A stretch of DNA of 64,000 nt from an uncultured Acidobacteriota bacterium (GTDB lineage Bacteria > Acidobacteriota > Thermoanaerobaculia > Thermoanaerobaculales > Sulfomarinibacteraceae), in the NCBI GenBank assembly GCA_963727925.1, contig CAVSIS010000051.1, positions 147,522 to 211,521 on the forward strand, read 5' to 3'. Below the pieces are notes generated by a model. That model worked only from the letters and a program-made list of their open reading frames with translations. It was not told the DNA's origin and searched no databases. The position numbers and the translations under genes are program-made. Below are positions 45,410 to 55,229 of the stretch, piece by piece (positions within the stretch are counted from its first letter, which is position 1; the number at the start of each line of letters is the position of its first letter).

Positions 45410-46212
45410 GAGGTCGACTCGGCCCGCGCCGCAAGGGTGGGCCCCGCCTGCGGCGAGGGATCTATCTGATCCCGTCCCTGTTCACCGTCGCCAATGTGCT
45501 CGGCGGATTCATGTCGATGGTGTCGTCCAGCCAGGGACACATGGAGCGCGCTGCGGTTCTGATTCTGGTTGCCATATTCGCCGACGTGTTGGATGGCAGG
45601 ATCGCCCGCCTGACCGGAACCACATCGTCCTTCGGTGAGGCCTACGACTCCCTCGCCGACGTGGTCTCGTTCGGCGCCGCTCCGGCGCTTCTCGCCTTCC
45701 ATTGGGGGCTGTGGCAACAGCCGCGGCTCGGAACGTCGGTGGCGTTCCTGTTTCTGGTCGCGGGCTCCATCCGGCTCGCCAGGTTCAACTCCACCACCCA
45801 TGATCCGCATCGCTTCAGCGGCCTGCCCATCCCGGCCGGGGCGGGAGCCATCGCGCTCCTGGTGCTGATTTCGCCGACCCCGGTCCGTCACCCGGCGTTC
45901 ATTCCCGTGGTCGTCGGCTTTGTGCTTGCGTTGTCGCTGCTCATGGTCTCCAACCTCCCCTACCGCTCGTTCAAGGATCTCAACCTGCGACGGAAGTGGC
46001 CCGTCCCGACGCTGTTCCTCATCGCCGTGGTGTTTTCGCTCATTACCCTCACGCCGCACGTACTGTCCGTGCTGCTCGCAATTTACATTCTGTCTGCCCC
46101 GGTGGCCGTCTTCTCCGGGCGCTTGCGACATCGCCCAACCCCCGCGCCCGACGGTGCGGACGACGAAGGACCCGAGGATGACACCACCGAGCCGGATGAT
46201 CGTCCTGAGTGA
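45406..46212 (+). CDS. pssA: CDP-diacylglycerol--serine O-phosphatidyltransferase (CDP-alcohol phosphatidyltransferase family)
   Basis: DVLDGRIARLTGTTSSFGEAYDSLADVV is the DGxxARx8Gx3Dx3D motif. The protein is multi-pass membrane. ATG 45406 has GGAGG 4 nt upstream and forms an ATGA overlap with the psd-like stop. Confidence 0.88.
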   Translation: MRGRLGPRRKGGPRLRRGIYLIPSLFTVANVLGGFMSMVSSSQGHMERAAVLILVAIFADVLDGRIARLTGTTSSFGEAYDSLADVVSFGAAPALLAFHWGLWQQPRLGTSVAFLFLVAGSIRLARFNSTTHDPHRFSGLPIPAGAGAIALLVLISPTPVRHPAFIPVVVGFVLALSLLMVSNLPYRSFKDLNLRRKWPVPTLFLIAVVFSLITLTPHVLSVLLAIYILSAPVAVFSGRLRHRPTPAPDGADDEGPEDDTTEPDDRPE

Positions 46213-47149
46213 CCCGATGACCCTGGTCGGAAGAGAGCTGCTCGAGCTCCTGCCCCGCTTCCCCGAGCTCTCCGGCGAGGTTCGCTGCGTCCATACCACC
46301 ACAGACGACGAGCACCAGATCACCGAGATCGTCGGCCAGGGTTCGCTCGTGCCTCCGCTCGACGATCCGAACCAGCTCGAAGGCGCTGAGGCGGTCGTCC
46401 TCGCGGCCGACTTCGACAGCCCCCGTACGGCCCACGTCGAGGCCTTTCTCGCGGCCCACGACGAGGTCGCGGTGATCGATGCCGGTCGCCTCAACCGTCT
46501 TCGCGAGTGCTTGGCCGTCGCATCCACACCGCTCGGCGGTTCGCTCGCGGTCAGGCACGTCCGGGTCGCTCATCCTGCACTCGTGGCGGCGGGCGCCGTC
46601 GTTGCAGCTCTCATGGAGCTGGAACCGGTTGGTGTAACCGTAGTCGCGGTCGATCCGGTCTCCGAGCTCGGCGGCACCGCGATCGAGACCCTCGCCGCAC
46701 AGGCACTCGACCGGCTCCAGGGTGCGGACGTCGAGAAGCTCCTCGATGACAGGGTGAGGGCTTTCAACCTCTTCGTCGACCCCGACGACCAGCGGCTCGA
46801 CGAGGACCTCGCGAGACTGCTGCCAGAGCTCGACACCGCGGCATCGCGGATCCTCGGCGGCTGCTTTCACGGCCACCTGGCCCATCTCGAGGTGCAGCTC
46901 TCCCGGCCGGCGAGCTACGGCGAAATCGAGACCGCGCTTGAAAACAGCCCCACTCTGCGCAGGGTCGAGGGCAGCTTTGGACTCGATGCGACCGTCGGTT
47001 CCAACGCTGTGCTCGTTGGGTCCCCCACGGTCTCCCGATCCGGGCGATGGGTCAGCGTGCCCTGCGCCATGGACGGGCTGCGCATCGGTGGCGCGCTCAC
47101 TGCGCTCGAGCTGCTCGTGTGGTTGCTCGGCGGGTCCGCCGTCCGCTGA
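46178..47149 (+). CDS. Aspartate-semialdehyde dehydrogenase-fold protein with degenerate NAD(P) and active-site motifs
   Basis: By eye it is collinear with Asd. MIVLSDPMTLVGRELLELL corresponds to VAVVGATGAVGqqml. VIDAGRLNR corresponds to VIDNTSAFR. RVAHPALVA corresponds to IANPNCSTI, so the Cys is lost. FHGHLAHLEVQL corresponds to TGHSESVYIEI, so the His is kept. The start is ATG 46178 or ATG 46196, overlapping the end of pssA. Confidence 0.5.
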   Translation: MTPPSRMIVLSDPMTLVGRELLELLPRFPELSGEVRCVHTTTDDEHQITEIVGQGSLVPPLDDPNQLEGAEAVVLAADFDSPRTAHVEAFLAAHDEVAVIDAGRLNRLRECLAVASTPLGGSLAVRHVRVAHPALVAAGAVVAALMELEPVGVTVVAVDPVSELGGTAIETLAAQALDRLQGADVEKLLDDRVRAFNLFVDPDDQRLDEDLARLLPELDTAASRILGGCFHGHLAHLEVQLSRPASYGEIETALENSPTLRRVEGSFGLDATVGSNAVLVGSPTVSRSGRWVSVPCAMDGLRIGGALTALELLVWLLGGSAVR

Positions 47150-47215
47150 AGGCAAACCAGAAATCCAGTAAGATGTCCCGGCTGGTCCGCCAGCCACAAC
47201 CTCAGGAGGTGACCG

Positions 47216-48682
47216 ATGACTAGTCCGTTGCAGTCGCTCGAACCCGCCCACCTGTGGCAGCACTTCGATGCCATCCGGCAGGTTCCGCGACCGTCGAAGC
47301 ACGAGGAGAAGATCTCCAAGCACGTCAAGGAGTGGGCGAAGTCGCGCGGCTTCGAGGTGCGCGTCGATGCCGCCGGCAGCATGGTGATCGCCGTTCCGGC
47401 GACCGCTGGCCACGAACGCGCACCCGTCGTCATCCTACAGGGCCACCTTGACATGGTGTGTGAGAAGAACTCCGACGTCACCCACGATTTCATGACCGAT
47501 CCGATCCAGGTGCGGGTCGATGGCGACTGGGTGAAGTCCATTGGAACCACCCTCGGTGCGGACAACGGCATCGGACTGGCGGCCGCGATGGCCATCGCCG
47601 ACGACCCCGCGACGGTCCACGGCCCGCTCGAGATTCTCTGCACGATCGACGAAGAGACCGGGTTGACCGGCGCCAAGCGTCTCGATCCTTCGCTCGTCAA
47701 CGGTCGGATCATGCTCAACCTCGACACCGAGGAGGACGGAGCGGTCTACATCGGATGCGCCGGCGGCGCCGACACCTCGGCCCGATTCCCGGCGACCCGG
47801 CGCCGCGCGCTGCTCGGCTCGGTCCCGGTCCAAGTCGTCGTCCGGGGCCTGCGCGGTGGGCACTCGGGCCTCAACATCATCGAAAACAGGGCCAACGCGA
47901 TCAAGCTTGCAACCCGAGCCGTTATCGCCGCCCTCGACCAGGGAATCGATGTCGACCTGGTGTCCATCGACGGAGGTTCCAAGCACAATGCCATTCCCCG
48001 CGAGTGCTTTGCCGTGTGCCGAGTGCTCGAGGCTGATCTTGCAGGCTTCCGGGCCGCAGTGGCTTCGGCGACCGAGGACTTCCAGGGCGAGTTCGGTGCT
48101 GCGGAGCCCGACATGGAGGTCGCGGTGGAAGCGGTCCAGGAGACCGATGCGACCCAGATGCCGGTCAACGTGCATGCACGGGACCGCCTGCTCGGGTCGC
48201 TGAACGGCCTGCCCCACGGTGTGCTCTCGATGTCACGCGAGGTTCCCGGTTTGGTGGAGACTTCGACCAACCTCGCCGTCGTCTCCACCGAGGTCGATGG
48301 CGTGCACCTGGTCCAGTCGCACCGTTCGTCAGTCATGCCCGCGCTCTTCGCGGTGCGGCGAGCGGTCGCTTCAAGCCTCGCACTCGCCGGCGCCAGCTAC
48401 GAGTGGGACGAGCCCTACCCGGGCTGGGCGCCGAACCCGTCGTCGGCGATCGTCGCCAAGACCGTTGACGTCTATGAGCGCCTATTCGGGTCGAAGCCTG
48501 CCATCAAGGCGATCCACGCGGGCCTCGAGTGCGGCCTCCTACTCGAAAAAGTCCCCGGGATGGACGCCGTGTCGATCGGACCCGAGATCCACAACGCGCA
48601 CTCCCCCGACGAGATGGTCCAGATCTCCTCAGTGCAGAAGTTCTACCGACACCTCGCGGCACTACTGGCCGATCTCGCCTGA
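47216..48682 (+). CDS. pepD: Aminoacyl-histidine dipeptidase (PepD, peptidase M20C)
   Basis: 488 aa. The motifs are LWQHFDAIRQVPRPSKHEEKIS, ILQGHLDMV, DNGIGLAAAMA, IDEETGLTGA and IHAGLECG. AGGAGG SD lies upstream. Confidence 0.9.
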   Translation: MTSPLQSLEPAHLWQHFDAIRQVPRPSKHEEKISKHVKEWAKSRGFEVRVDAAGSMVIAVPATAGHERAPVVILQGHLDMVCEKNSDVTHDFMTDPIQVRVDGDWVKSIGTTLGADNGIGLAAAMAIADDPATVHGPLEILCTIDEETGLTGAKRLDPSLVNGRIMLNLDTEEDGAVYIGCAGGADTSARFPATRRRALLGSVPVQVVVRGLRGGHSGLNIIENRANAIKLATRAVIAALDQGIDVDLVSIDGGSKHNAIPRECFAVCRVLEADLAGFRAAVASATEDFQGEFGAAEPDMEVAVEAVQETDATQMPVNVHARDRLLGSLNGLPHGVLSMSREVPGLVETSTNLAVVSTEVDGVHLVQSHRSSVMPALFAVRRAVASSLALAGASYEWDEPYPGWAPNPSSAIVAKTVDVYERLFGSKPAIKAIHAGLECGLLLEKVPGMDAVSIGPEIHNAHSPDEMVQISSVQKFYRHLAALLADLA

Positions 48683-48705
48683 GCCCAGGAACCGTTGCGA
48701 CCCGC

Positions 48706-48734
48706 GGCCCGGAGCTGTATGGCAGCTCCGGGCC
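48706..48734 (+). terminator. Hairpin terminator candidate after pepD
   Basis: ggcccggagctg (48706..48717), tatgg, cagctccgggcc (48723..48734) forms a perfect 12-bp stem. It starts 24 nt after the pepD stop. The tail GTCGTGTTG is only weakly U-rich. Confidence 0.55.
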
Positions 48735-48887
48735 GTCGTGTTGAGCCTGAACTTCCCACCGGCTCCCAATTGCGGGCGCCGTGATGCCAGCCATCGCGGG
48801 CCCTCGCAACGCGACCTGGTGAGAAGTGCAGGCTAGGGAACGCGTGCTCGCGATCGGCTGTTACGCTCCGCGAAGGATGGAAAGGAC

Positions 48888-50063
48888 ATGGACACCGTCC
48901 CCGGCGCCACCATGCGGTGGGCCTCTACCATCGCCACCGACGAGAGCTTCCTGACGGCGGTTTCGTCGGCATCGCGTGAGCTCCGCGACCAGCTGGGGAA
49001 CGCCGAGCCCGACCTGGTGCTCGCATTCGTTTCGCCCCACCACCGAGCCGTGTGGGACGCCCTCCCCGACTTGCTTGCTCGCGAGTTCCCGACCGCCATA
49101 CGCCTCGGGGCGTCCGGAGGCGGGGTCATCGGAGCTGGGCACGAGATCGAGGACCACGCCGCGATCAGCCTGACCGCAGCGCGCCTGCCGAACGTGGTCC
49201 TGCGCTCCTTCGCCATCGACGACGAGACCGAGTTCAACAACCTCGACCTCGGTGCCAGCGATCCCGTCGGGCTGATTGTGCTCGGTGAACCCACTCGCGG
49301 AGACGTCGAAGACCTGCTGGCGGCTATTGACCACCGGTTTCCCGCCACCACCGTGGTTGGCGGAATGGCCTCCGGAGCCCGGCACGTCGGCGAGAACTTC
49401 CTCCTCGACGGTGAGCGCCTCCTCACCCAAGGCGTCGTCGGTGTTGCGCTGTCGGGGGATGTCGCAGTCGACTCGATCGTCGCTCAGGGCTGTCGGCCGA
49501 TCGGCAACCCGATGTTCGTGACGCGGTCCGAGGGGCACATGCTGCTCGATATCGACGGCCGCCGGCCAATCGAGGTGCTCCACGAACTCTTCGAGAGCCT
49601 GTCGCCTCGCGACCAGGAGCTGCTGCGTTACTCACTCTTCCTCGGCCTGGTCATGCAGGCAGAGCAGTCGACCTATCGTCACGGGGACTTCCTGGTCCGC
49701 AACATCGTTGGAATCGATCCGGAGAGCGGCGTCCTGATGGTCAGCGCGCCGCTTGCACCCCACCAGGTGGTCCAGTTCCATCTTCGTGATGCGCAGACCT
49801 CGGCGGATGACCTCAGGTCTCACCTCGCGTCCTACCGAAGCCGTCGTCTGCCGTCGCCCCAAGGTGCACTGTTGTTCTCGTGCCTCGGGCGCGGAAAGGG
49901 TCTCTACCAGGTTCCCGATCACGACAGCCGCGAGCTGATCACCACCCTCGGTCCGATCCCGATCGGCGGCTTCTTTTGCAACGGCGAGATCGGCCAGGTC
50001 CAGGGCCGCACCTACCTCCATGGCTATACCAGCTCGATCGCCCTTTTTCGCCCTGCAACGTGA
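48888..50063 (+). CDS. FIST-domain (FIST_N + FIST_C) sensory protein
   Basis: 391 aa. PDLVLAFVSPHH, then LGASGGGVIG, then the C-terminal GGFFCNGEIGQVQGRTYLHGYTSSIALF match the FIST N and C patterns. Confidence 0.8.
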   Translation: MDTVPGATMRWASTIATDESFLTAVSSASRELRDQLGNAEPDLVLAFVSPHHRAVWDALPDLLAREFPTAIRLGASGGGVIGAGHEIEDHAAISLTAARLPNVVLRSFAIDDETEFNNLDLGASDPVGLIVLGEPTRGDVEDLLAAIDHRFPATTVVGGMASGARHVGENFLLDGERLLTQGVVGVALSGDVAVDSIVAQGCRPIGNPMFVTRSEGHMLLDIDGRRPIEVLHELFESLSPRDQELLRYSLFLGLVMQAEQSTYRHGDFLVRNIVGIDPESGVLMVSAPLAPHQVVQFHLRDAQTSADDLRSHLASYRSRRLPSPQGALLFSCLGRGKGLYQVPDHDSRELITTLGPIPIGGFFCNGEIGQVQGRTYLHGYTSSIALFRPAT

Positions 50064-50095
50064 CACGAGCAGCTCGACGTCGCGGTGGACGCGGG

Positions 50096-50476
50096 CTATT
50101 TCTCGATGAACTCGAGCTTGTAGCCGTCCGGGTCCTCGACGAATGCGATGACCGTCGATCCGTGCTTCATCGGACCCGGTTCGCGCACGACCGCGCCGCC
50201 CGCACGACGTACCCGCTCGCACGCGGCATGAATGTCATCGACAGCGATCGCGATATGCCCGAAGCCGGATCCCAGGTCGTACTCCGCGGTGTCCCAGTTG
50301 TGGGTCAGCTCGACCACCGCCGTGTCGGACTCGTCGCCGTAGCCCACGAAAGCGAGCGTGAACCGGCCACCAGGGTAGTCCTGGCGGCGCAGCACGCGCA
50401 TCGCGAGGGCCTCGGTGTAGAAGCGGATCGAGCGTTCGAGGTCGCCAACCCGGATCATCGTGTGCAGAATCCTCAT
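50096..50476 (-). CDS. gloA: Lactoylglutathione lyase (glyoxalase I)
   Basis: 126 aa. MRILHTMIRVGDLERSIRFYTEALAMRVLRRQDYPGGRFTLAFVGYG...VELTHNWD...GFGHIAIAVDD...DPDGYKLEFIE is near-collinear with E. coli GloA. Confidence 0.92.
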   Translation of the reverse strand: MRILHTMIRVGDLERSIRFYTEALAMRVLRRQDYPGGRFTLAFVGYGDESDTAVVELTHNWDTAEYDLGSGFGHIAIAVDDIHAACERVRRAGGAVVREPGPMKHGSTVIAFVEDPDGYKLEFIEK

Positions 50477-50495
50477 CGCAATTCTCCCCTGCAGG

Positions 50496-51704
50496 CTAGA
50501 AGTCGGACGTCATGATGAACACGGGAGATCCGTCGAAACGGTTATAGAACGGGCGTAGACGTTCCTTGTTGTAAAACTTGCCCACATCCACCACTTTCTT
50601 GCGGCTGCTCACGACCTCGATCGGGACGTTGTCATAGCGGCCGTTTCGCACGTTCACGAGCCTCCCCGACCGGCCCTCCTGAATCAGGTCCATCGCCAGG
50701 TTCCCGAAGGCCATCGGGACGATCGAGTCCATCGCGTCGGGATCGCCGCACCGCACCAGGTAGCCGAGGCGCTGATTGATGACGTTGATCCGCCGCCCTC
50801 GGTTGAACTTCGGCGAGACATCGCGGAGCGCACGTGCAACGACGTCGCCTACGCCGCCGAGCTTCTTGTGCCCGAACATGTCGGTCTCCTGCTCCGAGAA
50901 AACCATCTCATCCAGACCGGTGAAGGTCGCGCCTTCTGACACGAGGACAACGCTGTAGTTGGAGGGGTTGCGTCGGCGATCCTCCGACAGCAGATCGCAC
51001 AGGTGCTCGATGTCGAAGGGGTGCTCCGGGATCACGCAGCGATTGGCGGCTCCCGCCATGGTCGGGAGGAGGGCCGTAAACCCCGCGTAGCGGCCGAAAA
51101 CCTCGATCACCAGGAAGCGCTCGTGGCTCCCGGCCGACGTCCGGAGGGCGTGGGTCATCTCGATCGTGCGGGTGACACAGGTGGAGAAGCCGATGCAGTA
51201 GTCGGTCCCCGGGACGTCGTTGTCCATGGTCTTGGGCAGTGCGATCACCGGCACGCCCTTGTGGTGGAGGTGGACCCCGTACGAAAGCGTGTCGTCGCCC
51301 CCGATCGGAATCATGGTGTCGATTCCGAGCCACTCGATGTTGGCAAGCACCTCCGGCGTGAGGTCGTTGACATCCTCTGCGTAGCGCTCCTGCAGGTGCT
51401 CAGGCAGGTTGAGCCGCGGGACATGGCTGGGTCGCGTCCGAGAGGTGTGGAGAAAGGTCCCTCCCGTCCTCCCGACCTTGTTCACGACCTCATCGGTGAG
51501 GTCAACGACGCATCGACCCAGGCTTGCGGGGTCATTCCGGTCGATCTCGATCAGGCCCGCCCAGCCGCGGCGGATTCCCAGCACGCGGTAGCCCTCTCGC
51601 AGGGCCCGCACGGTGATGGCGCGAATCGCCGGGTTGAGCCCGGGGACGTCGCCACCCCCGGTCAGAATGCCGATCGTGCCGCGGATGGTCGTGTGGGTCG
51701 CCAT
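50496..51704 (-). CDS. pfp: 6-phosphofructokinase, pyrophosphate-dependent type by signature residues
   Basis: 402 aa. The motifs are GILTGGGDVPGLN, PIGGDDTLSYG (Asp where ATP-PFKs have Gly) and LPKTMDNDV (Lys where ATP-PFKs have Gly). Confidence 0.85.
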   Translation of the reverse strand: MATHTTIRGTIGILTGGGDVPGLNPAIRAITVRALREGYRVLGIRRGWAGLIEIDRNDPASLGRCVVDLTDEVVNKVGRTGGTFLHTSRTRPSHVPRLNLPEHLQERYAEDVNDLTPEVLANIEWLGIDTMIPIGGDDTLSYGVHLHHKGVPVIALPKTMDNDVPGTDYCIGFSTCVTRTIEMTHALRTSAGSHERFLVIEVFGRYAGFTALLPTMAGAANRCVIPEHPFDIEHLCDLLSEDRRRNPSNYSVVLVSEGATFTGLDEMVFSEQETDMFGHKKLGGVGDVVARALRDVSPKFNRGRRINVINQRLGYLVRCGDPDAMDSIVPMAFGNLAMDLIQEGRSGRLVNVRNGRYDNVPIEVVSSRKKVVDVGKFYNKERLRPFYNRFDGSPVFIMTSDF

Positions 51705-51756
51705 GCCAGAGGCCTTTCCGTGTCGGGCTGCAGCTGACTGCGGTCAGTGCGGATTT

Positions 51757-52791
51757 TCAGGCGTTGGTCACCTGCCAGAGGAGATTCGAACCTGCACGCA
51801 GCGGTACGACCTCGCCGTCCCCCATCCGATAACGTGCAGGAACCGTCCATGCTTTCCGTTCCAGGCGAACCTGCGTCAGGTTCCGGCCGAGACCGTAGAA
51901 GTCCGCTCCGTGGAACGCCGCGAAGGCCTCGAGGCGGTCGAGGGCACCGGCCTCCTCGAATGCCTCGGCATAGAGCGGCAGAGCGGCGTGGGCGCTGAAG
52001 ATCCCGGCACAACCGTGCGCGCACTCCTTGCTCGCCCGCAGGTGTGGAGCACTGTCGGTCCCGAGAAAGAACCTCCGGTCGCCACTGGTCGCCGCCTCGA
52101 CGAGCGCAACCCGGTGCGTCTCTCGCTTGAGCACGGGAAGACAGTAGTGGTGAGGCCGGAAACCGCCGGAGAAGAGCGCGTTGCGGTTCATCAGGAGGTG
52201 GTGGGCGGTAATTGTCGCCCCAACTCCGCTCGGACTTGCGCGCACGAACTCCACCGCTTCGCGGGTCGTCGCGTGCTCCAGCACCAGCCGCAGGCCTGGA
52301 AAGCGTTTTCGCAGAGGGTCCAGGACGGAGTCGATGAAGGTCTTCTCGCGGTCGAAGGCGTCGACCTGCGGATCGGTCACCTCGCCGTGGACCAGCAACG
52401 GCATGCCCAGCTCCTCCATCGTCCCGAGCACATCCGTGACCCGTTCGATCGAGGTCACGCCGGCCTCGGAGTTCGTGGTCGCGCCGGCCGGGTAGAGCTT
52501 GACCGCGGCGATCCCGACCGCATGGGCCCGCGCGACCTCGTCCGGGCTGGTAAGGTCGGTCAGGTAGAGGGTCATCAAGGGTTCGAACGTCGAGCGCGCC
52601 GGTCGAGCAGCCTGGATCCGATCGCGGTACGCGATGGCCTCGTCAACATTTCGGATCGGCGGGCGGAGGTTGGGCATCACGATGGCACGTCCGAAGACCG
52701 CCGCACTGTGGGCCACCGTGTCCGCCAGGGCGGGCCCGTCGCGAAGGTGCAGGTGCCAGTCGTCGGGTCGCGTGATGGTCAGGCTGTCCAT
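51757..52791 (-). CDS. pyrC: Dihydroorotase (E. coli PyrC type)
   Basis: I trimmed the start to ATG 52791, with GGAAGGA 8 nt upstream. [19 protein letters not shown]...[12 protein letters not shown] parallels E. coli PyrC. 344 aa. Confidence 0.92.
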   Translation of the reverse strand: MDSLTITRPDDWHLHLRDGPALADTVAHSAAVFGRAIVMPNLRPPIRNVDEAIAYRDRIQAARPARSTFEPLMTLYLTDLTSPDEVARAHAVGIAAVKLYPAGATTNSEAGVTSIERVTDVLGTMEELGMPLLVHGEVTDPQVDAFDREKTFIDSVLDPLRKRFPGLRLVLEHATTREAVEFVRASPSGVGATITAHHLLMNRNALFSGGFRPHHYCLPVLKRETHRVALVEAATSGDRRFFLGTDSAPHLRASKECAHGCAGIFSAHAALPLYAEAFEEAGALDRLEAFAAFHGADFYGLGRNLTQVRLERKAWTVPARYRMGDGEVVPLRAGSNLLWQVTNA

Positions 52792-52835
52792 CGGTCGAAT
52801 CCTTCCGCCGCCTGTGTCGTCGTCCCCGGCGGCGA

Positions 52836-54929
52836 TTGCAGGCATGCCGTCATGATACGCGGACTGGTACCGTAGATCGGGTGAGGGAGCGGAAGCAACG
52901 GCGGACAAGCGCACTGGGCGTTGGACTGGGCAATGCGTTGATCGGGCTGCTGGCTCTCGCCGCACTGCTGCCGGTCGCGGGCCTCGGCGTGCGTCTCGTC
53001 GCGTCCGGGCTGCCGCCGTTTGCCGTCGACGGCGATCACGCGCTGATCGAGATCGCCACCCGGCAGGCAGCAGCCGGCGAGCGCCTCCTCGGACCCTACT
53101 CTCGGCTTGGCTTCCACCATCCCGGCCCGGCGCTGTTCTACTTCTTCGCGCCCTTCTTCGCCGCCTCGGGTGGCAGCTACCTGGCGCTGTGCCTGGCCAT
53201 GGTGGTCCTTAATCTCGCTGCGTTCGTGGTCGTCCTCGGGGCTCTCGCGCGATCCGGGCCGGGCGTTGGACTCGGGTGGCCCTCGCTCGTGCTCGCGGTC
53301 TACGCGCTGTTCCTCGAGCCGGGCGTGCTGGTCTCACCCTGGAACCCCCACGCGATTCTGCTGCCTCTGTTGGCGACACTCGTCGCTGCGGCTGCAGTGA
53401 TGGCCGGCCGGGACATCTGGCTGCCCGCGGCTGTCGCCGGGGCCTCGCTCGTCCTCGAAAGCCACATCGGGCTGCTCCCGGTGCTCGCAGCGACCGCTGT
53501 TCTCACCCTCTTCGTCCGTGCACGCCTGCGGCCCCCGACGGCGGTACCAGAGCGGCCCGGCCTGGCGCGCGCTTCGTGGTCAGCGGCCACGGTCATCGCA
53601 GTATTCGCCTGGCTACCGGTCGGCCTCGAAGCCGCTCTCAACCGGGGAGGCAACCTCCTGGCGATCGCGGACTTCCTTCGCCACCGGCAGGGCGGGCAGC
53701 CGCTCGCTGCTGCGGCTCGGACGGTGTTTGCTCACATCGGTGCGCCACTGGTAACTCCGTGGGGCGCGACGCTACGGGACAACCCGGGCGGCGTGACGGC
53801 GTGGCTCGGTCTCGCCATCGTCGTCGCCACCGCCGTTGCACTGCCCGTCGCAATGCGTCGGCGGAGACCGTTCGGCGCCGCCCTTGCCGCAACCGGGGTC
53901 GTTTCTGTCGGCGCCGCCGTTTTCGCCGCAACGTCCGTGGTAGGGCCGCTGCACGACTACTTGGTGGGGTGGGTGACCGTTCTCGCCCCGCTTGCCCTTC
54001 TCGCGCTCGGCGAAGCCCTCCGCCCGGAGCCGGCCACCGCCCATGCACACCGCCTCCCCTCCCTCATCCTCGGGCTCGCGCTTGCTGCCACGGCCACGGT
54101 CTCGTGGCGCGCGACCCTTGCATGGCACGACGTCCAGAGTCTCCAGTCCTCCGAACGTTTTGCCCTCAATCGCTGTCTCGGTGAGGCGGCGGTTGCCGAG
54201 GCGGCTCGAGCGCGCACGTCCGGGGTCACCATCGTCCCCGTCGAATCCGAACAGTGGGGCACGGTGGCTGCGGTCGCCGCGAGGCTACTGGCTGCCGGTT
54301 ACCCCGTTTCGGTCGGGTCGCGGTGGGGCGGGATGTTTGGTCTCCCGCGCTCGCCGCAGCCTCAGGATCTCCGGCTCGCCGTCGCCGCGGGCGGAGACGA
54401 GATGCCTGCTGACGTCGCGGCCACATGCGGAGGATTCCGGCTCGTGCGGCTCGAACCTCGCCCGCTCCCGGCGGGCGAGCTCATCTTCGGCGGCACAGCG
54501 GTGACCGCCTACCTGCTTGATGGGTTCGACACCGCGGAGGGGTCCGTTTCGGACGGCTTCCGCTGGATGGTCGGGCGACGCGGACGGATCCTGCTGCCCG
54601 TTGCCGATCGATCAGACCTCGCAGTCATCGCCATCGAGATGGCGCCCCTCGCGGTCCCGGGCACGAGCCAGGAGGTGACTGTGACGGTCGACGGAAGGTT
54701 GGCTGGGACGGCGTCGCGGCTGGGAAATGGCTTCGGATGGTACCGCTTCGCGATGCCTTACCGGTCGGGACCCGATGTCGCAGTGCTACAGCTCGACGCC
54801 GCGTGGGCGCTGTCGCCGTTTGAACTCGAACGTGCTCTTGACGTCCGCCCGCTGAGCGTCAGGATCCGCCAGCTCCACCTCGAACCGGCCGCACGGGTAC
54901 CTCCCGCGCCGCAACCCCCGCCCGGTTGA
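52836..54929 (+). CDS. Large polytopic membrane protein, possibly a GT-C-type glycosyltransferase (unknown function)
   Basis: 697 aa with about 12 or more hydrophobic segments. An acidic first-loop motif ([12 protein letters not shown]) recalls GT-C enzymes, and the C-terminal domain looks soluble. The start is uncertain: TTG 52836 or GTG 52881. The last 71 nt overlap the convergent DUF167 gene. Confidence 0.45.
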   Translation: MQACRHDTRTGTVDRVRERKQRRTSALGVGLGNALIGLLALAALLPVAGLGVRLVASGLPPFAVDGDHALIEIATRQAAAGERLLGPYSRLGFHHPGPALFYFFAPFFAASGGSYLALCLAMVVLNLAAFVVVLGALARSGPGVGLGWPSLVLAVYALFLEPGVLVSPWNPHAILLPLLATLVAAAAVMAGRDIWLPAAVAGASLVLESHIGLLPVLAATAVLTLFVRARLRPPTAVPERPGLARASWSAATVIAVFAWLPVGLEAALNRGGNLLAIADFLRHRQGGQPLAAAARTVFAHIGAPLVTPWGATLRDNPGGVTAWLGLAIVVATAVALPVAMRRRRPFGAALAATGVVSVGAAVFAATSVVGPLHDYLVGWVTVLAPLALLALGEALRPEPATAHAHRLPSLILGLALAATATVSWRATLAWHDVQSLQSSERFALNRCLGEAAVAEAARARTSGVTIVPVESEQWGTVAAVAARLLAAGYPVSVGSRWGGMFGLPRSPQPQDLRLAVAAGGDEMPADVAATCGGFRLVRLEPRPLPAGELIFGGTAVTAYLLDGFDTAEGSVSDGFRWMVGRRGRILLPVADRSDLAVIAIEMAPLAVPGTSQEVTVTVDGRLAGTASRLGNGFGWYRFAMPYRSGPDVAVLQLDAAWALSPFELERALDVRPLSVRIRQLHLEPAARVPPAPQPPPG

Positions 54930-55221
54930 GACCAGCCACCACCTCGCTCGGCGGCACACCGCGGATCTCCACGAGTTTGTCCTGGGAAGATGCCCCGGCG
55001 ATCAACTCGAGAAGGCGGTACTCGACGCCGAGCGTTGCAGCGATCAGCCGGAGCACCGCCTCGTTGGCCCGGCCGCGCTCGGGAGGTGCCTGAACCTCGA
55101 GCTTGAGCGCACCACCGTGAGCTCCCACGACGCGGACACGGCGCGCACCGGCCTTGACCCGGAGGCGGAGCCGAGTCGAGGAACCGTGGGCGAGGACTTC
55201 GACCGAGTCGCTCGCCATCAT
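54859..55221 (-). CDS. DUF167 (YggU) family protein
   Basis: RLRLRVKAGARRVRVVGAHGGALKLEVQAPPERGRANEAVLRLIAATLGV is the DUF167 pattern. 120 aa with a C-terminal extension. Confidence 0.75.
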   Translation of the reverse strand: MMASDSVEVLAHGSSTRLRLRVKAGARRVRVVGAHGGALKLEVQAPPERGRANEAVLRLIAATLGVEYRLLELIAGASSQDKLVEIRGVPPSEVVAGLNRAGVAAREVPVRPVRGGAGGS

Positions 55222-55229
55222 TTGTCACG

